Below are positions 24,940-37,593 of a stretch of DNA of 64,000 nt, one piece after another. The translations under genes and the position numbers were made by a program. The DNA is from Octopus sinensis (taxonomy: Eukaryota): assembly GCF_006345805.1 (NCBI RefSeq), contig NC_043004.1, positions 310,001 to 374,000 on the forward strand, given 5' to 3'. The notes beneath the pieces are model-generated. The model had not been told where the DNA came from. It did not search any database and saw only the letters and a program-made list of their open reading frames with translations. Each line of letters starts with the position of its first letter. Position 1 is the stretch's first letter.

Positions 24940-25168
24940 GGTACCGTGCTCGCTCCTATCGGTTAACAATGCTGGCTAACCTCAGCGGATGTGGATGAAC
25001 TCCAGTTAGTTACATTTACTGATGAAGCAGCACCGGTAATTTACACCAAGATGCACAATTTGTAGTGTGCATCGATTTGCAGCGGAAACACGTGTAGGTC
25101 TGACAAAAAAAAGGTGTATTAACTATATAATAAAACCTGGATGTGTAAATCTCTGTTCTCCTGATATT

Positions 25169-25170
<2 letters not shown>
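24940..25170 (+). mobile_element. Penelope-like terminal remnant with hammerhead-like motif
   Basis: CTGATGAAG at 25019, long stem II, GAAACACGTGTA at 25085, tail running into (TA)n. Confidence 0.5.
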
Positions 25171-25240
<70 letters not shown>

Positions 25241-25244
<4 letters not shown>

Positions 25245-25473
25245 ACAATCAAGGAACGGCCATAATAGGCCATTCACCCACTAGAAATAACAGCCAAAGC
25301 TTCAACCGCAAATAAAGATTAATTCCGTAAACAGAGAAAATTTAAAAAACATTTACCCTGTAAATTTTTTAAATTTTCTCCTGTTTACGGAATTAATCTT
25401 TATTTGCGGTTGAAGCTTGGCTGTTATTTCTAGTGGGTGAATGGCCTATTATGGCCGTTCCTTGATTGTTGAT
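25241..25473. mobile_element. Near-perfect 233-bp hairpin element (109-bp arms, 15-nt loop)
   Basis: Arms differ only by two single-base indels; a related arm lies at about 33595-33718. Confidence 0.9.
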
Positions 25474-25569
25474 GTTGAACTTAAAATGGTCTATGACTAT
25501 TTAATTTTTTCCCATAGGCCGCTGGTGGCAAAAAGAATTCTACAAAATTTTTTTACCACCCTATATTGA

Positions 25570-25610
<41 letters not shown>

Positions 25611-26205
25611 TGTTGTGTCTGGGGAGAGTCATTTTCTTTTTGTGTCTTATAATGTAACACACTCACCAGTAAAATGTCCACTTTATTTTTTTTTCCTAAA
25701 ATGTTCGTTGCGTCTTGCAACCTTTTCAATAGTTTTGACTCTGTCCGTTATTTACACTGCGTTCCCTTTTGTTTGTTTGTGCGCATGTGTGTGGGTCTGT
25801 GTGTGTGTGCCTATACATGCATGCATGTACGTATGTATGTGTGTGTTTGAATGTATATGTATGTATATATGTGTGTGCATGCATATGTATATATATGTAT
25901 GTGTGTGCATCTGTATGTATGTATCCTACATATTTATGTGCTTGCCTGTCTGTGTTTGTGTATTTTCTATGTATGTGTGTGTGAGCATGTGTTTGTATAT
26001 GTATATGCACCTCTGTCTCCTTGTGTGTGCATGTCTGTGTGTGTGTGTGTTATGCAACTTTGTACCATGTTTGTATGTATGGATGTGCATCTTTATATGT
26101 GTGGAACCGTGTCTCCATATGTGTCTGTTCTTATAGCCTATGTACCTATCATAACTCAACAAATATTTTGGTGTAATTTCGTCAGGTATATATAAAACAC
26201 TTTAA

Positions 26206-26418
26206 CCCATTAAGTCCCACTGTCCTATAAATAGGACACTAGATGAGAACATTAAATAAGTTATATTACATTGTCTCAGTGTCCTATTTATAGGACACCG
26301 AGTATTTCCATTTCTAAAGGAGTTTTAATAATCATTTTTTCATTTTAACCTATTTTCAATCATCTGTAAAAATTTAAAAGTAATATTTAGAAATTTATGT
26401 ACTCTGGGACTTAATGGG
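26206..26418. mobile_element. piggyBac-type MITE
   Basis: TTAA at 26202-26205 and 26419-26422; perfect 14-bp TIR cccattaagtccca/tgggacttaatggg. Confidence 0.9.
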
Positions 26419-26769
26419 TTAAACCTTACAAACACTACAAATCTATAACTTTATACCATTGATGGCTTCGCATCCTTCTGCTTTTGTCCTACTTCGTATT
26501 ATCAAATTGAACAATCATGAACCATAGATTCAAGTTCTATGCTTGTCTCCCCTCCCATAATTTTGTTTGAAAATATCTGGACTGTATTTTAAAGTTTTTT
26601 TTTTTCAAACTTATAATTTTTGACACGAGACAGATTTTGACACCAGATCCTGAAACAAGATAGATAGAGCTTGACATCAGATTCCGAAACCAGATAGTTA
26701 TTCTCATAACCAACTTGTATCTATAGCTATAGTCATTCACACTCGATGTGTGTGTGTGTGTATTTATAC

Positions 26770-27290
26770 AAGCGCAGGCGTGGATGTGTGGCAAAAAGTT
26801 GGCTTCCCAACAACATGATTCCGGGTTCAGTCCCACTGCGTGGCACCTTGGGTAAGTTTCTTCTATAGCTTAAAACTGACCAAAGCCTTGCGAGTGGATG
26901 TGGTAGACAGAAACTGAAAGAAGCTTGTGTGTGTGTGTGAAGCTGTGCAGTAAGAAGCTTGATTCCTAACCATATGGTTCTGAGTTCAGTTCCACTGCGT
27001 GGTACCTTGGGCAAGTGTCATTTACTATAGCTTCAATCAATCAAAGCCTTGGGAGTGGATTTGGTAGGCGGAAACTAAAAGAAGCCCGTCATATGTGTGT
27101 GCATTCTCCACCACCGCTTGACAGCCAGCATTGAATTGTTCACGTCCCCGTAACTTAGCGGTTCGACAAAAGAAACCAACAGAATAAGTACCAGGCTTAA
27201 AAATGAAAATAAGTAGTGGGGTCGATTTCACGGCGGTGCTGCAGCATGGCCGCAGTCTAATGACTGAAACAAGTAAAAGATAAAAGCTAT
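26770..27290 (+). mobile_element. Two tandem SINE family A copies
   Basis: Heads at about 26770 and 26945; 3' end cagcatggccgcagtctaatgactgaaacaagtaaaaga at about 27245-27285. Confidence 0.8.
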
Positions 27291-27599
27291 ATATATCATA
27301 CATGCGCACGTGCATAAATATACACACGCACATGAAAGTTACAGATTATTATACAAGTGTATATAGCTACACACAATTTGCAATTAAACATAAGAAGAAA
27401 TGTACTCAATACCGACACAGAATGTTGTTACTCCGAGTTTTTGTTATTCTTCATTGATCCTACAACTAAAGGCTGTATTATGACACAGTTCTTCTTTCAC
27501 CAGTCCACATTACTCTGTAAAGGGCATAGACCCGAGGCTATGTCATGCCAGTATATGCAGGCATGAGATAGCCTTCTTGATTTCAGACCAAGAGATACT

Positions 27600-27850
27600 A
27601 ATTGTTTTTGCTTCATCTTCTATGCACCCTTCTCAAGTCTTCTTAGGTCGTCCAGCTTAACCTCTTTCCTTCAGGTTGCCAGTCGAACACTTGTCGTGCA
27701 ATGTTGCTTGGAGGTCTCCTTTGAGTGTCATTGATCAAACCCCATTTCCGTTTCAGAGTTTCTTGGTTGATGGAAGTTTGGTTCGTTCTCTCTCACAGAC
27801 TACTGCTTGAAATTTTGTGATAAATATTCTGGATTTGGGCTTCAGCTATG
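27600..27850 (-). mobile_element. RTE LINE 3'-end fragment
   Basis: Minus strand KRKWGLI..NIARQVFDWQPEG resembles RTE WRWIGH..NIARQALxWNPxGKR. Confidence 0.6.
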
Positions 27851-29399
27851 ACAGGACAAACTAGAACATGTAGACAGGCATGGGCAAGTTTTTTCGTTAA
27901 ACATGACTCGTCATCAAGTGGGCTGCACTACTAAAAACAAAATTCAGATTTTTTGTTAGGTGCGCCGTTCAGTAAGTCCTGCGGGCCGCATTTTGCCCAG
28001 GACTGATCTAATATCTGAAACAATGTAGGATGAAATATTTTCCACGCAGAGATACAACGAAACATTGCCAGCCGATTTGAAACCACGGACCATGATGAAC
28101 GAGTAGTACAAATTTATCTTCACAAGAATATTTGTCTTCTACACACACACACGATCTAACAATGTATTTTCGTTGTATCTTTCCTGTAAATATTTCTGTG
28201 ACCATTTCTCTGATGAATTTTCTGGTTTGGTACCCGCTCTCAAGACATTTAAACAGGCCATCCGCTTTTCTTCCCAAGCGCATCATTTCTCTTTTCGTCA
28301 GAAGCCCTTTAATTCCAACAGCTTTATATTCCTCAAACCGATGTTCTCTGAAACTCACCACCATCGTCTTGTTTTCCTCTGGTTTACAACATTCAGTTTT
28401 TAAAGCTTTCTTTCTGTCAGTCAACATCTTGTGAACTCGGAGGCCCATTCTTCTTTGTTTGTGTAGTCCCTTGCGCTACAATGGTTTGAAGCCTTGTTTG
28501 GAACAAAATCGTAAGAAAGATAAACAAAAAGGTACTTCTACATGGTTGAATATAGCTGCCAAATCTCACTCAGATCACTCATTCTCGTCATTTCACGTTC
28601 GCTTTCCATGCTAAGTAAAGTGTGTAGAGTGTGGTCGTCTCAAAAAGCAGATCGGGTTTCAGCTGCGTGGGATCTCCTTGATTGTGTCGAAGACGAAAAC
28701 GGTCATAACAAGTGACAAATCGTGAGTCTATGGCTTTGACCCCGAAACCAAGGCTTGAAAGGAATCCCACCTGGAAGGAACAAGATTTCAAGACGTCGAG
28801 AATGAGAGGGGGCAGCTGCTCGCTTTCCCCTGAAAAAGGGTTCCGGGAATGCTTCCATCAGCGGAAACGACGCTGCGTAAAAGTGTACGGCTGCAGAAGG
28901 GGACAACTTCGAAGGAGATTAACATGCCAAAGTGATATGTGCTGTTCCTTTTATAGCACCAGTTCCGATTTCTTTTTGATTAGACTGTTTTCTCTCCCAT
29001 CCTTTCTCTAATCCCCTTTTTTCCTCCCCTTCACCCTTTTCTATGTCTCTCTCTCCCTCTTCCTCCGTTTCTCTCTCTCTCTCTCTCTCTCTCGTTGTTC
29101 ATACGTGACCATCGTCCATCTTTCTCTTCCTCATGTGATCATCTCTTTTCTTTCAGGACTGTCTTAAGGACAGCACATATCCTATCTCCCTCTCCTATCT
29201 TTTCTCTTTTCAAAGGAAATATTTCTCCAGCGTTCGCTATTTTACCCTCGTTCTGTTCTAACGACCCTCCATGTTTGTTTTCGTTCGGTTTCCTTGTATG
29301 TCTCCACTGCCTTGCTTTTGTTCCCAACTTTGACCCTCCATAAAATCCAAATTTAATTTTAGTACTTATGGGAGAAACTATCTTCGAAGATTCATATTG

Positions 29400-29962
<563 letters not shown>

Positions 29963-29964
29963 TT

Positions 29965-30140
29965 TTTTTTTCTCTCCTTCTTTCTGTGTTTTTCTCTCTC
30001 TGTGTATCTTTCTGTTGAAGAGCGTAGGCTCGAAACGTTAAAGACTTGTTTTATTTATATTTCCTGAGCGCCATACTAAACAATTGTTCGTTTGTTTTCC
30101 ACCTGCCTTCGTCTTTTGTTTATTTTCATAAAGCTTCCCG

Positions 30141-30142
<2 letters not shown>
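29965..30142 (+). mobile_element. Penelope-like terminal remnant with minimal hammerhead-like motif
   Basis: tcttt CTGTTGA agagc gtag gctc GAAAC GTT aaaga at 30007-30045, between two (TA)n tracts. Confidence 0.55.
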
Positions 30143-30234
<92 letters not shown>

Positions 30235-33203
30235 ATATTTCTACTGAATGTAGGAGGGCTGCTGCGCGGAAACTGTAAAAAGAAAATTTCATTCCTGAGA
30301 GACCTTGTGACATGCAATCAAGCTATATGCATGGCACTCACAGAAACGCATCTTGAACCCGATATAGGTGATGCAGAAATACACATGCCGCAATATGCAG
30401 TCATACGCACAGATAGAAAAGGGAGGAGCCATGGTGGAGTTGCAATGTACATCCGAGATGACCTCACGCCCCAGGTCCTGCTGTCATATTCAAACTCAGT
30501 ATGTGAAACTCAAATTGTACACATAAGACAACTGAATATCGTCATATGCACTACATATCGCCCACCAGACGCCCAAAACACTCAGGCATGTTTGAAGACT
30601 GCCTAACAAAAATAGGAGAAGTCCTCACCAACCTTGAACAGCACAACAGTGTATTCTTCATGGGTGACTTTAACCTCCCCAATGTGGAATGGCCTGGGGG
30701 GCAGATGCTCCTAGGGATGACACACCATCAGCAGGCACAGGTGGATTCCCTGCTCCATCTCACAAATACCTCTTTCATGGAGCAAATAGTTCTGCAACCA
30801 ACAAGGGCAGATAATATACTGGATCTCTGCTTCACAAACAATATGGATATTATCCATAATGTTAATGTGATGCCGACAATGATCTCGGATCACAACATAA
30901 TAGAGCTGTCTATGTATGGAACAAAAGCCCCAGCAGACACACAGCCTATACGAAGCACCTACCATCTCTCCAACTTAAACTTTCATAAAGCCAACTGGAA
31001 GTCGATTGAGAAAGAGATCCTCAAACAGGATTGGCCTGAATGTCTCTCCACACCGGACATAAACATGAAACACAAACACTTCATGTCCATAATACAAGCC
31101 ATATGTGACAAATATGTCCCAATGTGCAGGGCCAGCACACACAAGAACAAAAACAGGATCCCTAGAGAAAGGAGGATTCTTATGAGACGACGGACAAGGA
31201 TTGCAAACCGCCTGAGCAAGCACACCAAAAGTGGTGAGAAGTCTCGGCTCGAAAGAATGCTAATGGAAACTGAGAAAAGTCTACATCAGTCCCATGAAAA
31301 GGAGAGAGCAGATAAAGAAGCTTGGGTAATAGAAAATATAAAATCAAACCCTAAAGCTTTCTTTAAGTTTGCCAAAGAGACAGCCACAGTGCACCAGAGA
31401 ATAGGACCTCTCTTCCAAAAAGATGGCTCTCTCACAGGAAATCCCACGAGGATAAGTGAAATACTGAACGAACAGTTCCAAAGTGTGTTCACTACACCTC
31501 TAGGACACAGGCAAGTAAACAACCCAGAAGAATTCTTTGCCACTTTACCAGCGGCCAAAGAGACAAAAATTGAGTACATCAACATCGAAGAAGATGATAT
31601 CACACTAGCCATTGATGAGATTGACACAAACTCAGCTGCTGGACCTGATGGATTCCCAGCGATCCTTCTCAAATCGTGCAAACGAGCCCTTGCAAAACCG
31701 CTACAGCTTCTTTTTCAGAGCTTTCTTGCAAGTGGTAAGCTCCCAGTCAAACTGAAAGAGGGGGTAATATGCCCTATCCATAAGGGAGGTAGCAGAGCAG
31801 ATGCTAAAAATTATAGGCCTATCTCTCTGACCTCACACATCAGCAAAGTCATGGAACGAATAGTCCGTAAGAAACTAATCATGTTCCTTGAAGAAAATGA
31901 CTTACTGTCTGACACCCAGCATGGATTTCGACCAGGTAGAGGCTGCCTAACACAGCTCCTGCAACACTATGACTGGGTGTTGAAACAGCTACTAAATGGC
32001 TCAAATGTGGATGTAATATATCTTGACTTTGCAAAAGCCTTTGATAAAGTCGACCATGGTATGATCTGTCACAAACTGCGTGGTCTCGGCATAGGCGGGA
32101 AACTTGGAGAGTGGCTGCACAACTTCCTAAAAGACAGAAAACAGGCAGTTGTGAGCAATGGAGCCACCTCCAGGGAAACGCAAATAACAAGCGGTGTCCC
32201 ACAGGGCACTGTCTTGGGGCCACTGATGTTCATAGTGGCCCTTTCAGACATGCCTTCAGTTGCTACGATGACCACCCTTGCTAGCTATGCAGATGACACA
32301 AAAGTCTCCCACGCAATACAAAACCCTGAAAATATTGCGCATCTGCAACATGAGCTGGACACAATATACAGGTGGGCTGAGGACAACAACATGCAGTTTA
32401 ATGCAGGTAAGTTCCAGGCCCTGCGCTACTGGCACACAAAGGTAAATGACGTGAAGACTGGATACACTGGCCCAGGAAGAATTGCAATCCCTGAGTCAAA
32501 ATCAGTGCGTGACCTGGGCATTGACATGAGCAATGATGCATCTTTCCAAATGCATATTGCTAATCTGGTGATAAAATGCAGACGGCTAGCTGGATGGATT
32601 CTCCGAACTTTCAGAACAAGAGAGAAGGAAACACTGATGGTCCTATGGAAAACATTTGCCCTCAGCTGCTTGGACTACTGCTCCCAACTTTGGTCACCAC
32701 ACAATATAAAACAAACAGCAGAACTCGAAGCAACTCAGAGAAGCTACACAAAGAAAATCGTCTCAATGCAAAATGTCAGCTACTGGGAAAGACTGAAGGT
32801 ATTAAACCTCTTCTCCCTGGAGCGGAGGCGGGAGAGATATGCAGTGATATACATCTGGAAAATCCTGGAGGGTCTTGTCCCAAACTTTGGCATTCAAAGT
32901 TACTCCAACCACAGAACGGGGCGCCGCTGCGTGGTGCCAAGGATTCCAACATCACCATCAAAATACAGGTCCAGATACTGCAACAGCTTGGGTTTCAGAG
33001 GACCACAGCTCTTTAACATCCTCCCTAAATGCCTGAGAGACTTACATGGTGTGGATGTGGGTTTCTTTAAAACTAAACTGGATCTCTTCTTGTTGGGAGT
33101 CCCAGATGAACCTACCTCACGACAGGAGACACGGATGCGGGCAGCAGCATCGAACTCCCTTGTTGATCAAGTGCCACGTATCAGAGGTGGATTCACAAAC
33201 TAG
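30235..33203 (+). pseudogene. CR1-group ORF2 reading frame, split by a frameshift at about 30570-30595
   Basis: Frame 1 reads IFLLNV...YRPPDA; frame 2 continues MFEDCL and is open to TAG at 33201-33203. Confidence 0.85.
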
Positions 33204-33280
33204 TGTAGCTCATTCAGCGGTGGTGCCCCAGCATGGCCGCGGCCTTCGGGCTAAAACATTTTTAAGGATTTAAGGATTTA
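30235..33280 (+). mobile_element. CR1-group LINE: nearly complete ORF2 (APE + RT) and 3' UTR, one frameshift, no ORF1
   Basis: APE motifs LLNVGGL, LTETHL, YRPP, GDFN, SDHN; RT motifs YLDFAKAFDKVDH, GVPQGTVLGP, YADDT; C-terminal SLERRRERY; stop at 33203; (aaggattt) tail; (TA)n on both sides. Confidence 0.95.
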
Positions 33281-33339
33281 TATATATATATATATATATA
33301 TTATAAATATATACATATATATATATATATATATTAAAT

Positions 33340-33717
33340 ATATATCTGTTTAATTTCGAAATGGAATCGGCAGCTTATATTTGCTGCCGATAAATTTGGC
33401 GCGAGTACGATGAGTTCGAAAAATTTAGGTCAGATATTGCTGAAGCGGTAATGTTACTGCCTCGTGTAATTTCTCTCCCTCCTGGCTTTCTTTACTGATG
33501 AATTTGTTGGCCCATGGAAAATTGACTTGATTTAAGTTAATCAGGTTGATTTACCATTAAAAAACGATGAAACAATGCATTGTCTAAAGATGAACGGGGT
33601 AAATGTTTTTTTAATTTTCTCCTGGTTTACGGAATTACTACTATTTTGCGGTTGAAGCCTTGGCTGTTATTTCTAGTGGGTTGAACGGCCTATTATGGCC
33701 GTTCCTTAATTTGTTGT

Positions 33718-33718
<1 letters not shown>
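33340..33718. mobile_element. Element between (TA)n tracts sharing its right end with the 25241 hairpin
   Basis: 33595-33718 aligns with 25357-25473 and with the reverse complement of the left arm. Confidence 0.65.
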
Positions 33719-33761
<43 letters not shown>

Positions 33762-33789
33762 GTAATGCAATATAACATAATATATGTGA

Positions 33790-34472
33790 CAATTATTCGG
33801 TTGCCATAAGATTCTTTGTCGAAACTGTGTCCTTAGTGGTCGTAGAGTCCAATGTGGCTTTATAAATGATGGTCTTGGACATGTAAGCTCCATTTGGCGA
33901 GCACAAATTTTTATCCCTGCATGAACAGCTGGTTTCATTTTGTTGTTTTTGTGCGTTGTGTGCAATTATATTTTTAAAATTAGTAGTTGAGCTAAAACTG
34001 ATTTTTAAGTTAAGTCTATTGAAGAGCTTTCTGTAACTATGATTGACTGGAAAATGTCTATCAGTGCTAAGAAATACTTGCCTATATTAAAGGTCACCTT
34101 GGGTGAGTAGGGAGGTGTGAACCAGATGATTTTCCAATTCCTATGTTTTCTTTTCTTTATTATTGGACTGGTGGTAGGTGTATAGGTTATTTCCTCGCTA
34201 GATCCACTATCTTTTAGAGCCTTATTATATACTGGGGCAACGCTATTAAAAATCTCCCTATTGGAGGAGAGGCTAGAAATTCTTTTGCTAATGTTTTTAA
34301 CTAAACTTTTAAACACTATGGGGGGATGGCAGGAACCTACATTAATATAACTAAGTCTATCGTTGGGCTCGCTATAAGGTTTATAAATATTCTTTAGAAC
34401 TAAGGATACATCAAGGAAATTGACAACCATCAGGTTGATGCCTGTAATTATGCTAAGACAGAAAGTTTTCAT
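33790..34472 (-). mobile_element. Penelope-like element fragment: RT thumb, linker and start of GIY-YIG
   Basis: VNFLDVSL, YKPYSEPN, YINVGSCHPP, KIIWFTPPYS..NIGKYFL, FPVNHSYRKLFNRLNLKISFS, CSCRDKNLC, IIYKATL, TQFRQR. Confidence 0.9.
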
Positions 34473-34539
34473 CATTTGGATGTGCGCGTATGGGTATGTG
34501 CATGTATGAGTGTGTACATGCATGCGTGTGGATATGTAT

Positions 34540-34970
34540 ACGCAATCGTTACCAGCATCGCCTTACTGGCACTTGTACCCGTGCTTGTAGGGTGCCAAGA
34601 GCACCATCCGAGTGTGATCGTTGCCAGAGAAGCCAAGTGGCTTCCGTGCCAGTGGCACGTAAAAGGGCACCATTCAGGCGTGATCGTTACCAACGTCGCC
34701 TTACCAGCACCTGTGCTGGTGGCATGTGTAAAAAGATTCAAGCGAGGTCGTTGCCAGTACCGCCTGACTGGCCCCCGTGCCGGTGGCACGTAAAAAGCAC
34801 CCACTACACTCTCGGAGTGGTTGGCATTAGGAAGGGCATCCAGCAGTAGAAATTCTGCCAAATCAAGATTGGAGCCTGGTGCAGCCATCTGGTTTGCCAG
34901 CCCTCAGTCAAAATCGTCCAAGCCATGCTAGCATGGAAAGCGGACGTTAAACGATGATGATGATGATGAT
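34540..34970 (+). mobile_element. RTE 3' UTR fragment with (GAT)n tail
   Basis: Matches 45890-46155 of the intact RTE (ggagtggttggc..ggaagggcatccag..ggacgttaaacgatgat). Confidence 0.9.
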
Positions 34971-36209
34971 GTACATGCATGGTTGCATATGTGCATCTAT
35001 TGGCATGTATGTGGGTGTGCATGTATGTGTTTCAAAGACAATGTTCAAAATTAACAACACAAGGGACTCGGCAGATTTGTCCCTAGAATAAACTGATTCA
35101 AGTACTTTCATGGCATTCTAAGCATTTGTAGAGAGGACTGCAAAAAGAGAGCGTTAACGAATGGGATTTACTGTAAAAGAAGGAATAACAGAAACATGTA
35201 AAGTCTGGGTAAAAAATATAAAACAATGAATCACGAGGCATAAAAGAAAACACAAAAAACAACTGCAACAAATGGGAATGTTTGAAATGTTTAATATCAG
35301 AAATGTTAACACCTCACAAAGCAGCCTGTGCTCCAGAATGGTCGTATGCACCTGTCAGTTGTCATCAGTGACCTTCATTTACTGCGATCACTTAATGCCG
35401 ATATAGTGAAAAGGGATACAATCAATTACAAATAGAACCAACTCTCAATTTTGACGGGGCAAATTCAGAGCAAGGCCAGGGGCAGATAAGTGATATGGGC
35501 CAGAGCCAAATAAGGAATTTAAAAAATTTTCTTTTTTTTTAAAAAAGTCAAAGGATTATTGTATTTCATGGGATATAAGACGCACATTTTTACAAAAACA
35601 AGAAAGTCTCTAAACGATCACCCCAGGTCCTGTATGCAAAGTTGGGCTTATATTACATACTAAATGCACTAAAAGAATATAGGTACTGTTGAAATAGGGG
35701 TGCATCTAATGTGCCTGTGCGTCTTTTATGCCAATCAAATACAATAATTGTTTTGCATATTTATGCTCTGTGTGAGTGAGATCTTTGTCCAGATGTAACA
35801 AAGTTTCAAAATAACTCGCACATTTACAACCAAGAGATTTCTGTATCACTGCAGCACACACCGGCCGCAGCATAGACATTTGCCCATTATTCAAATATTC
35901 TCAGTCACTAAAATAGTTGTAAATCCTGTATAAAGCTTTTTAACAAACTTTTGTTTTATGATTTGCCCCGTAATTCAATATGGAAGTCCAAAACAAAACG
36001 TTAACCGATTGTAGCATTGGAAATGACTAGTACGAGAAGTGTGGGGGTGAAAATGGCTGATATATAAAAAAAAAAAAATTAAGGGTGATGGTGAAAGCAA
36101 AAGGTGGTCATTTTGAATTGTGAATATAGGGAAAATCATTCTCATCATTTAACGTCTGTTCTCCATGTTGGCATGGCGTGGACAGTTGTTGTAAAGCTGA
36201 AAACGAGGT

Positions 36210-36410
36210 AATCTCTACTCTACTCTTCTCCTCTGGAAGCCATCTACTCGCGATACCAGAGGGCACACACTCTCCTACCCTGATGTAATCTCCAGGGATA
36301 CAGGCATCAAGCAACAGGACCTCCGTAATGCTATGATGGACCGTGAAGTCTGGCGTAACATAGTAAATTCCATTGTCTTGACCACGGTCAAACAATGATG
36401 ATGATGATGG
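36210..36410 (+). mobile_element. 3' end of a different RTE family
   Basis: LLLWKPSTRDTRGHTLSYPDVISRDTG..LRNAMMDREVWRNIV, then (GAT)n. Confidence 0.75.
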
Positions 36411-37084
36411 ACAGTTTGACAATTGCCGGCAGACGGGAGACCCGCACCAGGTGCCAAGTGTCTGTTTTGGCAAGGCTTCTACAGCTGGATGCCCTTCCTA
36501 ATGCCAACCACTTGACAGAGTGCTCCACTAGTTGCTTTTTACGCAGCACCTGTACAGGTGCTTCTTAACAGCCAACCTGTAAACTTTCATTAACTGAAAA
36601 TCAAAGACATTTTATTTTATGATGAAGTGAATAATGGGTAAATATATATGTCACCAGACGGTATATCAAAATGTGTGTGTGTGTGCGTATGTGTTTTGAG
36701 AATCAAGACATATATTTGTGCATGTGCGTATATGTATGTTCAAACATGTACATGCATACACATACATTCATACACACACATATACGTATCGAAATTACGT
36801 GTGTATGTGCTTATGTCCATATGAGTATTCACATTGTATCGCATTCACAGATGTACATTCGTCTGAGTGTCTCTACGTGTTCCAGTCTGCCTTCATGTGC
36901 ATCTCTATCCGTGTGAATTTGCATATATACATGTGTGTATGTGTGCGTGCGTGTGTGTGTGTGTGTGTGTGTACACATTTGTGAGAGTATGTGTGTATGT
37001 GAGAGAGATTATTAAATAAAGCTGACAGAAACCGTTGCCTGTAGTTCCAGTTAATAATAATAATACCAGTAACAATCAATAATT

Positions 37085-37304
37085 AGCTTTTCAAATTTTT
37101 GACACAAGGCCAGCAAGTTCATGGGAGGGGGTAAGCCAATTACATCAACCCCCAAGGCTCAAATGGTCCTTATTTCATCGACCCCCAAAAGGATAAAAGG
37201 CAAACTTGGCCTTGGTGGAATTTGAACTAAGAACATAAAGACACACATAATGCTGCTAAGCATTTTTCGCCTGGCATGCTAACGATTCTGCTAGCTCACT
37301 GCCC

Positions 37305-37344
<40 letters not shown>

Positions 37345-37558
37345 TCTTTCTACTACAGGCACAAGGCCTGAAATTTTAGGGGAGAAGGAGAGTCAATCTC
37401 ACTGACCCCAGTACTTGACTGGTATTTAATTTATTGACCCCGAAAGGATGAAAGATAAAATCGACCTTGGTGGAATTTGAATCAGAACGTAAGGACAGAC
37501 AAAATGCCACCAAGCATTTCGGCCAGCATACTAACGATTCTGCCAGCTCACCACCCTA

Positions 37559-37593
<35 letters not shown>

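Noticed and set aside
35453-35971. Inverted acggggcaaat / atttgccccgt pair
   Set aside because: Only about 11 bp match and no TSD; insufficient to call a MITE
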